Source of the DNA: Balanoglossus misakiensis | Taxonomy: Eukaryota; Animalia; Hemichordata | Direction: 5' to 3' | Assembly: GCA_040954595.2 (NCBI GenBank) | Contig: CM082595.2 | Span: 62,001-126,000 of the forward strand | DNA: 64,000 nucleotides | Shown here: in pieces, positions 63,614 to 64,000 of the stretch | How positions within the stretch are numbered: the first letter of the stretch is position 1 | Layout: the number at the start of each line of letters is the position of its first letter | Notes under the pieces: model-generated | Seen by the model: the letters and a program-made list of their open reading frames with translations, nothing else | Database searches by the model: none | Told to the model about the DNA's origin: nothing | Program-made: the position numbers and the translations under genes

Positions 63614-64000
63614 CTGATTAAAAGCAAAACAAATAATGATTAGCAGATATGCAACAACATTCTATATGGTGAAGAATATCTAGCAAGTACAGAATAAAAT
63701 GTAGTGTATTATTAATTGTTGCCTTGTGGGTGTATATTGTCAGGATATATAACTCCTGTTATATATATAAATCAGGAATATGACAATATTCTTAGTTTAA
63801 AGGAGCCGGCCCCACCTTAAAAACATTTTGTTATGTTCACAGAATGTTTTCAATGTTTAAGATGATTAGGTAGATTCGATACAAAATTAAGTAATCACCA
63901 TGAGCTTTTTTGTGGGTTATATTTTTCACAATCTTTCCATGATGCATGCCAAAATGATACAAACTTATCTGATGTCTGAAAGCAAACAATGCCTTTATTT

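Overview
Eukaryotic genomic DNA with GT-AG introns and AT-rich intergenic sequence. It is probably from an invertebrate deuterostome such as an echinoderm or hemichordate; this is inferred from gene content and repeat style, not proven. Genes in order: the start of a probable GPCR running off the left edge (-), an intronless hotdog-fold thioesterase-like ORF (-), an intronless heparan-sulfate 3-O-sulfotransferase (-), a 4-exon patatin-like lipase (-), a zyxin-family LPP-like LIM protein (+), TPRG1L (+), an intronless class A peptide-receptor-like GPCR (+), and the 3' part of a DEG/ENaC channel gene (-). The most notable feature is the channel: by manual splicing it carries at least 10 LDL-receptor class A (LDLa) modules, each on its own phase-1 exon, in frame with the channel core. 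The repeats are also informative. A composite repeat block at about 10.5-13.5 kb recurs at about 52.8-55.8 kb. It contains a multi-copy structured core, a TTAA-flanked hairpin-ended insertion whose empty site is also in the window, and a 74-bp palindromic mini-transposon with a 9-bp target-site duplication. All exon models, alignments and base-pairings were made by eye and need RNA-seq, HMM or folding confirmation.
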